Positions 1 to 13,931 of a stretch of 64,000 nucleotides of DNA are shown here, piece after piece. The position numbers were made by a program, and so were the translations under genes. Positions within the stretch are counted from its first letter, which is position 1. Each line of letters starts with the position of its first letter. The notes under the pieces were generated by a model that saw only the letters and a list, made by a program, of their open reading frames with translations, had not been told where the DNA came from and made no database searches. The DNA comes from Podarcis vaucheri (lineage: Eukaryota), in the NCBI GenBank assembly GCA_965113315.1, contig OZ220364.1. One strand, 5' to 3'.

Positions 1-2559
1 CCTCTCAGCTGGGCTTTCACAAAATGGGAATATTCATGATCTCTCTTACAGAGCTGTTTTGAGAGAAACATTGCACATTATCACTCCAGTCCTAGATTCA
101 TTTACTGGGAACTTTGTACCATTGATTTCAGTGGACTGTACTTGTGACTGATGTGCATAGGGCTGCAACTTGAAGGTGGTGCGTAAATTAATAGCATCCA
201 CCCAGCCACTCAAGTGCTTCCAAGGTGGGAAGCAAATAAATGTCATTTGTTGTGTTACAGCAGAAAGGGATGATGCGCTGTGGAATGACAGTTCATGTAG
301 TGAAATAAAACTACAGATATGTTGAAAATTAATGCAAGTAAAGGTGGAGGGAAGGAGACGGCTGGGGATTTTGTCATATACTACATGCAATTTAGCCCAA
401 AGGTTGAGAAGAAGCTGCCATTAATTTGCCCGACTGCAACGCTACACATGTAGCTCTCCTAAGGCAAGATGCAATATGGGGCTATCTGTTGGCATCTGAT
501 AATGTTTTGAAGCCAAACTTTTCTGTAGCTGGCTAAAAACAGACACTGAGCTTAGGAGTAATAAGGATATCAGGAACTCTGAAATACAATGTTCTTCGTC
601 ATTTAAAGTTTTCCCTTGAGCATTCAGGTGCAAGGCAGGCAATGGCAAGGGTGGGATTATTCTTTTTGAGCTGCAGTGAGGAAACTGTGGCCCTCTAGAC
701 ATTGTTGGATGCCAACTCCCCTCAGCCCCAGAGAGCAAAGTCAGTGTTCTGCGAAGAAGGGTGTTGTGGTCCATCTGGGGGTCCACTGGTTCCCCATCCC
801 TGTGTTAGAGCTCTGTGCTATCATTCTTTCTTGAAGGCATCTGGGAGTAACCACAATCAAAGGATCCTGGTGGAAGGAAGACTCTTGCTCTGATCTGGTA
901 ACACCGCTTCCCTTGCATTTTCTGTGCTGTTGGTGAGCATTTGAATCTGCATAAATGTGACCCAGACAGTTCTATAAACACAATTTCCTGAAACTTTATT
1001 AGCCAAACATTCTAGCAGCTGCTGCTGTTTTCAAAAAAACTGCCTGCCTACCCTCCATCTAAATAGCTCTAGGTAAATGGTATTTTTTTTTATTAAAAAA
1101 CAAACCCCAAGGTTCTTGAGTATCTGTGTATTTTGGTAATCCCCAAACACATTTATTTACTTTCCATATATACAGACTGTTTTTCACCATAGATGATCAC
1201 AAAGTGGTTTACACAACCATCAACAAAGTGATCCATACTACAACGTTTAAATCGAAAAGGTCAAATGAAAATGTACATTCAACAAATAGGCATAGTACAA
1301 CTTACTTAAAATGCCTTCTGAAATAGAAAAGTCTTTGCCAAGCACCTGACATTCAACACGGTGGGGGGTGTCTGATCCGTCTGGAATGCGTTCTGTAGCA
1401 TAGTCAAATGTGTCCATATTGTACCACATGTGACAGTGAGGAGATTTGTCTGAACCCAACAGGTGAGAGAAAAATCTCCCAGGTTTGAGGATTGTTTTGC
1501 TTTGTTTTCCCTAACCCGTGCTGAAGGGGGTTTGGTGTGGCTCCTTACTATAGAGGAAGAAGGCACATAACACCTGCTTCCCACAACTGCAGCTTTATGT
1601 CACTGGTGCATTAAATCCATTTTCTTCAGGATTTTACTCCCTAGAGTACCTGAGAAATACACCAATTAAACAAACAACTTGATTTCCCTCTTTTAATATG
1701 TTGAGTACTGATTTCAGCCATGACTGTGAGCAATCCTTGGTTGCCTTTCCTTCCTAAATTAACAAGAGAAAAGGCGTGTCAGTCTCTCATACACACAAAC
1801 ATGCTTTATTAGGTCAGAAAGTGGAGACGACATAAAACTCAAGTCAACTACACCCTCTGCTGGCTTTATCTGAAATTGTTAGTTTCCCCAATATCATTAG
1901 AAGACCAATTCAGATTTTTGTGATCGTTTTATAATAGATAGTAGCATCTCTTGTGCTAGCACAAATCTGTTGACGGCCATCTGCCTTGAGAGACAATGGA
2001 GTGTGCCTCCGAGGGTGAACACAAACCACTGCATAAGCAGCACCGAAGTGACTTCCCCATATATGGGTTGCCCAGATGACAAGACCCTCCTCTTAGCCTT
2101 GTTTATGTGGTCCATAGGAAAGCAGAGCAGTATGTTTGGCACCAGCCTGGCTGCAGGAGTTGCTTGAAGGAGGCATATAAGGTGCCAGCCAACCATCTTA
2201 GAGACTCCACCCTAGATGTGTGTAGGGTTTGCTCCTTTCTTCCCTAGAAGATCTATTGCAAGGGAACAGAGGTTTAGGATCAGTTTTCCTTCTTCTAGAT
2301 AACATGGGCTACTTTCCCATGTTGTCAAGCTGCATCTGCCCCTCACTTCCCTCTATAGCATGTGTAGAAACCACCTTCTTGACCACTGGACCCACTACTG
2401 ATCTTGGCCACTCAATCTGCCAGAGCCTGTCTTTGAATGCAGGGGAAGTCCCTAACTCAACGAGGGTTTCAGACCCATGGCTACCCTCACCTGGTTTAGC
2501 TGGCCATTTGAAGCTGTTTCCAGGGTGTAGCTGCTTTCGAATGCTGACAGCTACTAGGA

Positions 2560-3120
2560 GCCACAGGTGAGAGCTGCATGTCAGGTGCAGCATCACCATC
2601 ACAAGAATAGGATGGGTCCTGGAAACAAACATCTCAGATGTCAAAGACCAAGCTGTGTAGTGAACATGCCAGCCACACCTCTGTGGGGAGGGAATTGCAG
2701 AACATAGGAGCTGCTGCAAAGAATGCCCTATCTTGGACCACCATCATCCCTAACACCTGGATGCATCTGTAGGGAAGGAGGGGGTCTTTTGGATATTTGG
2801 GGCGTAAGCCATTTATGGCTTTAAACACTACCATGAACTCTTTCAATTGAGTCCAGAAATGAACTGATAGCAAAATGCAGTTGTTATATGAATTATAAAA
2901 GGAATCGCTCCCCTGTAACTTGGCCACTGTGTTTTGGACCAGTTCCTAGTCATCATCAGGGGTAAGTTTTGGACTAGGTGAAGTTTCCTAGTCACCATAA
3001 AGCACAATGCAGTAGTTCACTTTGGAAGTTGCCTAAGCATGGAGTACCATAGCCAAGTCATCTCTGTCCAAAAGGAGCCAAAGCTGTTGAACCAGCCATA
3101 GCTGGAAACAGGCACTCCCT
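2560..3120 (-). mobile_element. Degraded L2/CR1-class LINE remnant
   Basis: Minus-strand fragment reading VVFKAINGLRPKYPKDPLLPY...DRAF resembles the L2 ORF2 C-terminus; heavily decayed, boundaries approximate. Confidence 0.5.
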
Positions 3121-3430
3121 TCCAGACTTGCATTTTCTCACCCCTGCTTTAATCAGTAGGCTTTGATGCATCAGAGGTTCCTCTCCTTCCCGCAGCCAGC
3201 TACTTTCTCTGCCTCTGGGTCCAGAGAGAAAGGCCATTCGTGCGAACAGGCCTTCTGCTCACTTGGCCTGCTCCTCTGGGCTGGAGGGATTGAGCTGGTG
3301 GGAACGGCAAGAAGAGCAGCAGCAGCAGCAGAAACAGGCAGCTCTGGTGCTCAGTAGGGGACCCTCTGTGGAGTAGGCTTTGGCAGGTCCCCAACCATGG
3401 CAAACCCTGGCATGCTTCAGTTAGCACATG

Positions 3431-3564
3431 CAGAGCTTTTTTCAGCTGGAACTCACCAGAACTCAGTTCCAGCAGCTCTCAGGCAGGCACCATTGCCATT
3501 ATAAGAGAACAAGGGAGGTGTTCGTGGCAAGTTTGGCACTTATTTTTCTAAAAAAATAGCACCA
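3431..3564. mobile_element. hAT-type MITE
   Basis: Degenerate TIRs CAGAGCTTTTTT...AAAATAGCACCA; 8-bp TSD AGCACATG (3423-3430) / AGCACATC (3565-3572). Confidence 0.65.
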
Positions 3565-5189
3565 AGCACATCTATATGGATGTACATTTACATAATAAAT
3601 CAGTTAAAATACCACAAAAATGTGTAAATTAAAGGACAGAACTAGCTAAAAAAAACATGATTAAGTCTTCAGCCATGGTGTGCAGATATGATTACCTTTA
3701 TCTCTTTAAGTATGCGGAGTGCTTTGCAAATTCAGCTCATTTGTTAGTTCCACCATCTCTGAGATAGTCTTTAATATTTCTCTTTCTACAAGAGGGGAAC
3801 TAAGGCAGAATTAATGCAGCTTGTCTCTTCCTACCCTGTTCTCATTCTGAGCACTTTTATATATCCAGATTTTATATATTGTAGTATATAATCTTGAGAT
3901 TGGAAAGAAATTGCTTGTAGCATTCAGTCTGATAATAAAACACAAAAACAACATGATCTGAGAACATTACACTCTGTCTGTAGTAGTGAAGCCTATGGCA
4001 CTGATTGGCTGAACTGGTGTGATGATACAGAATGTTCAAGAGTATTCTAATTCATCAGTAAACTTAGCTGTTAGACTGTTTGAATGTAGATTATCTGGAA
4101 GGAATTAAAGTGCTGTGCTAAGGCAACCAGCAACCATTTCATCAGCATGTTTCAGCTTGTTCAAAAGGAACAATCCCCCCTCCCCTCTCACACTGTCCCA
4201 AGGATTCCTCCCCCCCCCCAAACTAATTTTGTTCAGGGCTTCTGTTGATGAGACTCATTAGATGACTCCCACCCTCTGAAAGAAAGATGGTTTTGGCTGG
4301 AATTAAAACTTTGCATGGGACGTAGCTTTTGGAAGAAGTTTGAAAAATGGGAAATGGGTACAAGTCGTAGAGATGCAGAAAAGGCTATGGACAGAGAAAA
4401 AGGAAGCTGGGGGAAGTGTAGGTTTAGGAGGTTTGTGGAAAAGAACCATATTCTTTATTAATGTGAACTAAGCAGCCGGGTTCTGTTATGTTTTTAATAT
4501 TGTATTTTTAAATTGCTGCAACCGGTACTAAGACCTTATGGTGAAGTGTGGGTGAGAATAATATAGACATTCAGGCCTCATTTATGGGATAACTTAGGGT
4601 ATATCATGATGTTGCAGACTGAAATGTTTTACATATTTTGTCCTACCAGAAGTACATTTTAAAAAATGGATCTGTTAAAAACGGATTTCAAAAAATGGGA
4701 TATGAAGTGCAATGTCTTTTCAGATCACCCAGAATGTTGAAATTTGCTGCACACATAGCTAAAGACAGAGTCAGAGCTAGAAAGCCTGACAATGGGAAGT
4801 TTTTGCACCTAACAGCCAAAACCTGGAACATGAAGCTAGTTTATCTGAGTATGCTGAGCCACATGTGGGACAAGCTGCTATAGTGTGGGCTCTCTGTTGC
4901 CTCTTCAGGCTTTGCTCGGGTGGTCAGAAGAGGCCAATTTACTGTTATGATTCTGATATAAAAGGCATTTGGGCCCCACTGTCTTGACTCAACAGAGGCA
5001 TTGAAAATAATTTGTTACCTCCCTATGATTTAGCAGTATGAAACTTGTTTGATGGCTAGTCCAAAGAACACTGAATATGGGACGTATCTCTTCCCCTCCA
5101 CCCCCAGAAGGCTGCAACTGGGCCTGCTTCTACAGGTGGCTTGGTACCCAAGTAGTTCAAGATTTCCAGAGATTTAGATGTGTTATCTT

Positions 5190-5480
5190 TAGCAGAAAAA
5201 ACCAACAAAGAGACTTGTGGTGCCTTAAAAACTAACCAATTTATTATGGAACAAGCTTTCATGAACTAGTGTATTTAACAGTGGTAATTCACAAGTCCCT
5301 AATTACCACTGCCTGTACTTTACCTCAGTTCATTTTCCCTTGACCACACTTTTTACAATCCTCCATCCAAACATATGTATATACATACCTGCAACTCAGG
5401 ATAACACTTCATTCATCCAAAGTTGACTGTAGTCCAGAAGCCCTTATGCCTTGATAATTTGTTAAACCTTAGATGCCATA
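5190..5480. mobile_element. Decayed Penelope-like terminal-repeat fragments in opposite orientations
   Basis: TGGTGCCTTAAAAACTAAC...AAGCTTTCATG and GTTGACTGTAGTCCAGAAGCCCTTATGC resemble the element at 32944-33213. Confidence 0.5.
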
Positions 5481-6799
5481 ATTTGTTAAACCCTAGTGGC
5501 ACTCTGATCCTTCAAAGGGGGACAGGAAGTGTACTCCAGATACATTAAACACTTCCAAACTGCCCCTAAAGTTGACAACTTTTCATAGGAACACTAGAAG
5601 CCATCTTGGATGATGCTAATACAGCTTATTGTTCCTATTTGAGACAAATACTGCCTTAATTGTATAGAGGGAAGTTCACAAGTGGCGTTTGATAGCAAGC
5701 AGAATCTATCTATCACGAGCTAAGAAAAAGCCCATTTCTAACTGCTGGCACTTTTAGACTTACAGGCAATAGGCACCATCATATACTTCTCAAATACATT
5801 AGACACCAATTTATGCTAGTGATTCACACCATCCTGTGGCAGTGAATTGGCCACTATGTGTTGCAATAAGCATTCTACCTTAGTTTTCTTTTCATTTTTT
5901 GACCATTAATTTAATGGATGTTGAAATTCTGAAGGGGCATGTTGTTTTTCTTCTCAGTAAACAACTTATCTTACTATTAGCCCACTTCATGAAACCTAGT
6001 AACCACACATTAGCTACTTAAAAAAATACTTTAGTGCTCTGTAGTTTCCACTCGTGGTGAAACCCAAGACTGCACTGCTTCCTGTTTCTCTGTGCTGCAC
6101 TAGACTCCACAGATAATCAGAGACCACAGACCACTTCTCCATGTTGGGGGGGAAAAGCTCACCAACTCTAGGCCTTTAGCAGTCACTGGAAAGCACCTTC
6201 GGGTCCCACTTAAATGAGATGCTCAGAATGTGTGAAATACCTGTACAGGATTCTGTGTAGATCAGTCACATATAAAGGGTTCTGAAGCTCCGATCTTAGC
6301 AGCATTTACATGCAAACACAGATTCCCATAAATTACATATACTTATTTAAATATGCATATACTTTTGGCAGGATTCACCTAAAAAACCCCATCAGCAGAA
6401 GCCCTGAAACTCCATTTGAAACACTGGAGATCTGCATTTTTCTCTGGTCTATGAGGGTGAGTGGGAACATCTGCCTATAAATGTACTGATTTTCTGAAAA
6501 CAATGCCATTTTTTTTCCATTGTCAGATATTATTTACATTTATTGATTCACTTATATCCTACCTTTCCTTCAAGGAACTAAAGGGTGGCTGCAAAAGAAG
6601 TTTCATTTGTGCAAAACGCTATCGCTTACTTGCTCTGTGTTGCATTGTTCGCTGACTTGCAGAGGCTGTAAGAAAAGTCTTGCTTAATAATTATTTGGGC
6701 CCCGTTATTAGAAAGCCCACTCTTGTCCAAATAGATCTATGCCTCTCAAAGTGTAAACTGCCTTAAAATGCAAGCTTGTACATGTCTACTCAAAAGTAA

Positions 6800-7111
6800 G
6801 GTAAAGGAACCCCTGACTCTGGGGTTGCGACGCTCATCTTGCTTTATTGGCCAAGGGAGCCGGCGTACAACTTCCAGGTCATGTGGCCAGCATGACTATG
6901 CTGCTTCTGGCGAACCAGAGCAGCGTTTACCTTCCTGCCAGAGCAGTACCTATTTATCTACTTGCACTTTGACGTGCTTTCGAACTGCTGGGTTGGCAGG
7001 AGCAGGGACCAAGCAACAGGAGCTCACCCCGTCGCGGGGATTCGAACCGCCGACCTTCTGATCGGCAGGTCCTAGGCTCTGTGGTTTAACCCACAGCACC
7101 ACCCACGTCCC
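6800..7111 (-). mobile_element. Sauria SINE (POM/Squam1-like) with internal deletions
   Basis: tRNA-like head with GGTTCGAATCC B box, ACCTTT tail, 15-bp TSD TCTACTCAAAAGTAA at 6785-6799 and 7113-7127. Confidence 0.9.
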
Positions 7112-7519
7112 TTCTACTCAAAAGTAATCCCCACTAAATTCAGTGGAACTTATTCCCAGTTAACTATGTAAAGGATTGTGGTCTCAGTGCATCACAATCA
7201 AGGCTATTCCCTCTTTCAGAAAGTTAGTATTTGAAACCATTAGAGGTAGGCAAATTTGATAAAGATTAAAATAGGGATTAGGGGAACAAGGCTCTTAAAA
7301 GAATTGTAATATTAAGAGAAGAAAAATAAAGGTGGTATTAGTTTACCATAAATGAATGCTCAGAAACACTGTCTTGTGACTGTGATTATAGTCTCTCTGC
7401 TCACTACTTTTCAATTCTACATGTGGATGTCTTTGTTCTCAAGAGGTCCAATAATACTGAGGCAAACGGAAGGGTAGCTCAGAAGCACGACAAAATTGGG
7501 TTTGTTTGCAGAGGGTATA

Positions 7520-7782
7520 CAGTGGTACCTCGGTTTACAAACTTAATCCATTCCGGAAGTCAGTTCTTAAACCGAAACCATTCTTAAACTTTCCCTAATG
7601 GCACTTTCCCTAATGAGGCGTTCTCCCTAATGAGGCCTCTTGCCGCCAGTGCCCTTCCACCATCCGGATTCCGTTCGTACACTGAGGTAAAGTTCGCAAA
7701 CCGGGACACTACTTCCGGTTTTGCAGAGTTCGTAAACGGAATCGTTCGTAAACAGGACTGTTCTTAAACCGAGGTATCACTG
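7520..7782. mobile_element. Tc1/mariner (pogo/Tigger-like) MITE
   Basis: TIRs CAGTGGTACCTCGGTTTA / TAAACCGAGGTATCACTG, flanked by TA on both sides. Confidence 0.85.
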
Positions 7783-8199
7783 TACTCTGAATTCTGCCTC
7801 TTATTTCATCACAACTGCAGGAGAGTTCTAGAATTTGTTCCACGGTATTGTAAAAGACAAAAACAGGCATGTAGCATTTTAACAAAAATACAATAACTGT
7901 TTCATATAAAATGCATTCCTATATTACGTCAGAAAGATTTAGAGGACAGCTATCAGATACAAATGGCAAGAGTAGGCAATTGCAAGCCACAAGTCCACAA
8001 TCTGTAACTGGAATATAGCATGTAAATTAAAGTATACATATATGGAGGGTGAAATTTTAATCACTTCAGATATTTGCAGGTTGCATATGTATGAATGTGG
8101 AAAGCCTTAAAAATGCCCTCAACAACAACAACAAAAATCCCTGTGATCAAAGCTAGAATTAACAGTCATCTTTGTACACAAGAAAAATACACGGTCATC

Positions 8200-10950
8200 T
8201 TAACAGCCAAGAAAAACTGCAGTTTATTAAGTTTCAAAGAATCTTCGTACTCTTGAAAGCAACTTCTGGTGCATGTTTTTAACAATCACATTCTATGAGG
8301 AGAAATAACATTAAAAGCCACAAACTTTTTTTTTTATCTTTTCATCTCAGAGTTACAGACATCTTGAATTCAAAATGAAAGAAGGCAAAAAAAAAAAAAA
8401 AGTTCAACAGGATGTATTTGCTTTTTTTCTTATGTCCATCCCCAATTTTAAATGATCAGGAGTTCTTTTTCTACAACTCATTACTAAACTTCAGCATGGA
8501 AAATTGTATTGACTATTTCAATCCGCACATAGGCACATATGTATTATATATATATAAATATAATGTGTGTGTGTCTGTGTGTCTGTGTGTGTATTAAGGG
8601 AGAGAGATATATATACACAATACATATGTAGAGTGCGTGTAATGACAATGAGATGCAAGCACTCTGAGAAAAGGGTATTCAGCTAAATACACTACGAAAA
8701 CTTGAGAAAACACAAGTCTGGAACCCAATCTGTGCATAGTTCATGATCCTCTAGAAAACCAGCTTTTGTTGATTTGCAATCTTGCAGGACCCTTTTTAAT
8801 TGGACAAAACCATTAAAAAGCTAATCTTTAACAAAACAAAAAATGTAATGCACAAGTTTCCTGATCCAAGCAGGCAGGGAGCACAATGTTCATATAATTT
8901 TTAAAAACATACTCAAAGGGTATGTTATTCCATTGTCTTTCTTCCTTTCAAAACAATCAAAAACATTGATCATTTTTAAACATAAAGCAATTTTTAATAT
9001 ATAAAGCACTCTTCAAACATCTATTTCTTTTGAGTCCATTATTTGGTAAATATGTAACTGCTACACATTAGATTAGGTATTTTTCTTCTTCTCTTACTGT
9101 CTTTTTATTTTTATTTTTTTCATTTTGTTTTTTAATAATATCTTCAGTGCTAGGAGTTGGGTTTAAAAAATACATGAAATGGTGTGGAGTTGCTCCTCGG
9201 GAAACCCGGCTTTCCTGAGACATCTTCCACCATGTGCAAGATAGTGATAACAATATTTTTCGCCACTCTTGACGAAGAGGAGGAAAAAACAACAAAGGAG
9301 TACACAGCAATGGCCAAAGAAAAGGATAAACAACAACAACAACAATAACAACAACAAACACTGTTCAATCCCAGAGCTCTGAAGTAGCATATCTTCATTC
9401 TGAAAATAGGTTTCTTTATGATGGAAGTCTATTTTTTTTCTTTTTTTTCAATTCCTTTTTTATTTTAAAGTTTGAAGGAGGAAAAAAAAAGGTCTGTAAA
9501 CAGGTGGGAGCCGAAACCGTAGGCTCCTCCAAAAGCAGTCAAAACCTATGTCCAAGTGCTTGTTTCCGTTCCGGCTTGCAGGGAACCATCCACTCTTTAC
9601 AAGTATTTATGGCCACAGTTCAACAAGTTTTTTTTTTCCTTTTTTAAAACTTTATATTCCGAATGGGGGGAAAAATGGTGCAATACTCCGGTATTTATTT
9701 CCTTGCATTAGTCCACAATAAAAAGCTGCTAAAGGTAGATATACATATTATTCTCCAGAGATACACACTGTAAGTTTTTTAAAATGCAGTAAGAGTCCTT
9801 GAGTAAACATTTACACGTGAATTGTCGCCAGCCCCTCCTATCAGTTTTTTTTTTCAATTTTCTTTTTTAAAAACAAGTAGGATTAGCTACAAGAAGGGCT
9901 GTGGACACTCAGTGCAAAGTTAGAAGCTAATAACAATTAAACGTTTGACCAAATAGCAAATCAAAAGCATATACTGAGAAGTGGGGAAGGGGGAAGAAAG
10001 GAAAAAAGTCACACAATTTGTTCAGTTGTACAACTGGCGCGCACACACGTCCATACGCTCACACATCTATCCATCTTTTTCCCCAATGCATACGTATAAG
10101 AAAGAACTTAACAAAAATATTCCTAGAGCCTGTTCTTTTGTTTTCTGGTGCCGACCTGGAAGTGTAATAATAGAAAGTGTTCACATTTTGTTATTGGCCT
10201 GCTGGATTCAAGTATAGTTGCATGTTTGATATGTTTTTTTAAAAAACCTTCTTCTTTTTTACTATTTTTTGGGGGGAGTTTAAAAAACAAAACAATGACA
10301 CAAAAAAGTAATGAAACAAGTGTAATGTGCATAGGCAAGACCCGTGGGAGTAGTGGACATGGATATTCCACCCCACCTCTCAATCCAAGTCGTACAGCTG
10401 AGGGGCATAGGATTTGTTCCCCCCTATGCTGCTGACTGCTGACGGGCTGGTCGGATGCCATCCCCTACTGATTACTGGATCCGCCTCTGGTAATGTGCAT
10501 AATTATCACAGGCTCATTTTAAATAGGCTTTCTCACAACCCTCCCCCCCCTTCATCCCTCCCCGACTCCCACAGTTGATAAAATAACCCTTTCCAGCCCA
10601 AATTCTGAAAAGTGCCCTTCATGATAGAACTAGTCTAAGCAGCTTTTATACGTCTTTAAAAACACCATACAAACATAAAAACAAAATTAAAAAGCCATTG
10701 GAAAAAAAACCCACATAAAACCTATCATTAGCACGTGACACTGACCAAAGGGAGCCCATACTGTTGCACTAACAGTTCACAAGGACTTCGGCAGAGTTTC
10801 ATAGTCGATATTGGACAGAGGTACTAAAAAAAGGGCTGCCAGTCTGATCTATTAAAGCTGGATTCTTCGTGATGCCCTGGACTGGAAAGGGTTACCATTA
10901 TTTTCCTTTAGTGCTGATGATTGTTACTTCCATTTTGTTTCTCTGGTGTC
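8200..10950 (-). other. TNRC6C: TNRC6C 3'UTR (distal boundary approximate)
   Basis: U-rich on the mRNA strand, no recognisable transposon, directly follows the stop. Candidate AATAAA at 8223-8228; could extend to about 7800. Confidence 0.65.
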
Positions 10951-11311
10951 CTAGATGGACTCCCCGCTGAGAAGGTCACCTGGGAGCAGAGTATTCAAAG
11001 GCGTTGGGCTTCCAATAACCCTGCCGTCATCGGTACTGGGTGGACCCCAAAGGCTGCTTGAGTACTGAGGGACCCCGCCCCAGAGCAGGTCACTGCTCCC
11101 TTTGCCACCTAGGCAGGGGGTATTCCAGTGGCCTGCATCGTTGCGCACCATGCCGTGTGAGCTGCTTGTGGAGCCCAAACGTGTCTGAGTGGTTCCAGTG
11201 TTGGACTGCCAACTGGAGGTGGGGGGCAGTGGCTGGCCTTGTGCTAAGAAACGGTTCACTTCCTCTTCTCCAGCGAACTCGGCCAAGATGGTAGTGTTCC
11301 CCAAAACGCAC
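10951..11311 (-). CDS. TNRC6C: TNRC6C terminal coding exon CVLGNTTILAEFAGEEEVNRFLAQG...LLPGDLLSGESI*
   Basis: End of RRM, LWG motifs and conserved GW182 C-terminus; TTTTCAG| acceptor; TAG at 10951-10953. Confidence 0.96.
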
Positions 11312-12764
11312 CTGAAAACAGAGAAAGACACAGAGATGCTCAAAGGTAAACCACACTCTTACCTGGGCTCAGAGAGGGGGATTTGTCTCAGGCTACTTTC
11401 ATATTCTGTTATGAAACCCAATGCTATGAAAATCTAACAAATCAATCCTTATTATTTCTGTTTTAATGTATGATTATGTCTGTTTTAATGTATGATTATC
11501 TATATACTGCAATCATCACTCAGTGGACGGAATGCTAGATGTACGTATGAAAAAGCAGGGCTTGAAGCTCACTGCACCAAGAAAATCTATGGATGCACAT
11601 AGCATATAAAGCGCACACACATTTATTTTGCATACTTTATTTTGTTTTGAATATATAGACTTCTGTAGACTTCAGAATATATATTTCAGATGATAGACAA
11701 CCTTTCCACAACCCATTTCTTTGGACCAGAATTCCAGATGCTTTGGACGACAACTTGTATAAGCCCTAGGCAGAGCAGCCATGCAGGCTGAGGCTGACAG
11801 GTACTGTGGTCCAAAACATCTGGAAGGTGATGCTGGATAGCAGGGGGTATATTAAAAATAACAGTCAATTCTACGTTGGCTGTCTCCTCAAAGACAGAAG
11901 TGGCTATTATTTTTCAATCCATGGCCTTTGGTTAAGGCTTGTGGTTGCTTGTTCAAATACCAAAATCATGGGTTTATTCTAGATCCTCATAATTATATTC
12001 CACATGTGTGCAAGTGTGTGTCCATCCACTTTTCTCCTCCTGAGCTGCTTTGGTAGTGTGGTTGACAAGAGGTACCATGCAAAAGCTGAGAGGGAGGGAA
12101 AGGCATTAGGCTGTGTTTGGGAAACAAATATTTCACCTGGAAGAGACCCTCCTCATGTGCCTTCTTCCCCTAGGAAATGTACTGGGCAAGAGTACTGCTT
12201 TCAATTGCATGCCTCTGTGGCCTCAGAAATCATTTCTCCAGTCCCTATCTTCACACCCTCCTGCATGTCTAGCAATGAACACACCACACAGTAAGCCAAG
12301 GGGTGGAGACTAACATTCTTCTTCTTAATTAACTCTAATCACTACTTCTGGCCTTACATAATGAAATGCTGCAAAAGTACTCCATATCCAAAGCTGAGAC
12401 TGATCTACCATGTCTCTAGGTTTCCTCCTCACCAACCCACATTTAAGAATGCAGTGTGGGTTACTGCAAACATTAAAATGTTAAACTTATTTTTATTGGT
12501 TTTTAATTCAGTGCAGGATAAAAGCTGCAGAAGCTTCGGGACTGCTGGTGAATGGAATTGGGAGTCCTAAGTAGGAGCAAATCTACCTCTTTTGGAATTT
12601 GCCAGTTTTTATAGGCATATCCTGTATGATGACTTTTCACTTAATGCCCTTCTCATGTAAATCTCACAGCTTAATTGTCATTATTCAGTTCTTCTGCTTC
12701 TGCTCTTACAGACACACCAAACTAAGACACAGAGGTCACAGCAAATACTGAATAGATTGCATAC

Positions 12765-12904
12765 ATATGCAGAGATTTCTGGGCCTTCGCTGCTTCTTCC
12801 TTGGAACTGTATCGAACCACAGCATTCCCTTGAGTCAGGTTCAGATGGAATGTAATAAGAGGACCGTGCTGCAAGCATAGAGTACGCAGTGTAGAGCCAT
12901 CAAT
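12765..12904 (-). CDS. TNRC6C: TNRC6C exon (140 nt) [47 protein letters not shown]-like RRM core
   Basis: GW182 RRM sequence [38 protein letters not shown]; CCAATTAG| acceptor, TAT|GTATGC donor; phase 0-2. Confidence 0.93.
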
Positions 12905-13931
12905 CTAATTGGAAAAGGAGCACAAATGAGATTGATTTAGAGGCGTCATGAGCAACTGCATCACATTGGTTTTATCTAGCCTTTCTCCAAAACTTAACTG
13001 CACTCACTTACATTCTCTCTGGAGATCCAGTACAACAAGAGAACTCACACCCACTTCTTTCTCTTTCTGCCTGCTCCCCGATATCAGCATAGCTACACTC
13101 AAGCTGTTTCTGTAAAGCCTCTGTGCCAAGTATTTTGAGGTCATGTGCATTAAGTCTGAAAGCTTTAATTGGTAGGATTGCTTAATTACCCCATTAACCC
13201 AAAGAGAAATAAGACTTTAATCAGACTTGTCTTAACGTAAAGCATTTGATCTGGTTGCTAATGCTATGCATTTTCTGAGTCAGGGAACTTGTTTAAGATT
13301 ATTTCCCAGAGTGAATTATTTCCCGGAGTGGTCGATGTGGTGCCGCCCTTCTGACACCAGCACTGCTGCCACTTACCAGGATGGGGGGGGGCAGTGGCCA
13401 GGTCTGGGCTGCACAGGCACACCAGTGGGAACATTGGAATGGCTCCACTGATGCACCTGCACAGCTCTGTCCTACTCTGCACTGGCCAGGTAAGGAGCAG
13501 TGATGCTGGTGTTGGGAGGGTGACACGGCCCATCCACATCTAAAGATGGCAAAGATTTTTTTCCAGTTCGGGCAGACTCACTATACTAAGACTACAGTTT
13601 CTCCTGCAACTGAAGAGGAAAGTTGTGTATCTCCTGCATGGGCAGGTGGCTGAGCTGAACCCCATTTCTGGTGGCCATGCATTTCCATATGGGACCGAGC
13701 GGCGACTTTCTTCAGTAATTACATGGAAAAGTGGATGTGTGAGTTTCTCATACAGAGTCACAGAGTTGTAGAGTTTGAAGGGATCCCAAAGATCATCCCC
13801 TGCAATACAGGAATCTCAACACACAGTTCCCCATCCAATCTGAAACCATACCAGACCTTGTTTAAGTTTGCAAATGTTTTATAGCTGCACCACTAGGAGG
13901 TCAGATAGCTGCTCTTACTGCTTCCATAGAC

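Noticed and set aside
1-6700. 3' end of a neighbouring gene (TMC6 lies next to TNRC6C in human)
   Set aside because: No recognisable TMC-family or other protein sequence in any frame; mostly decayed repeats.
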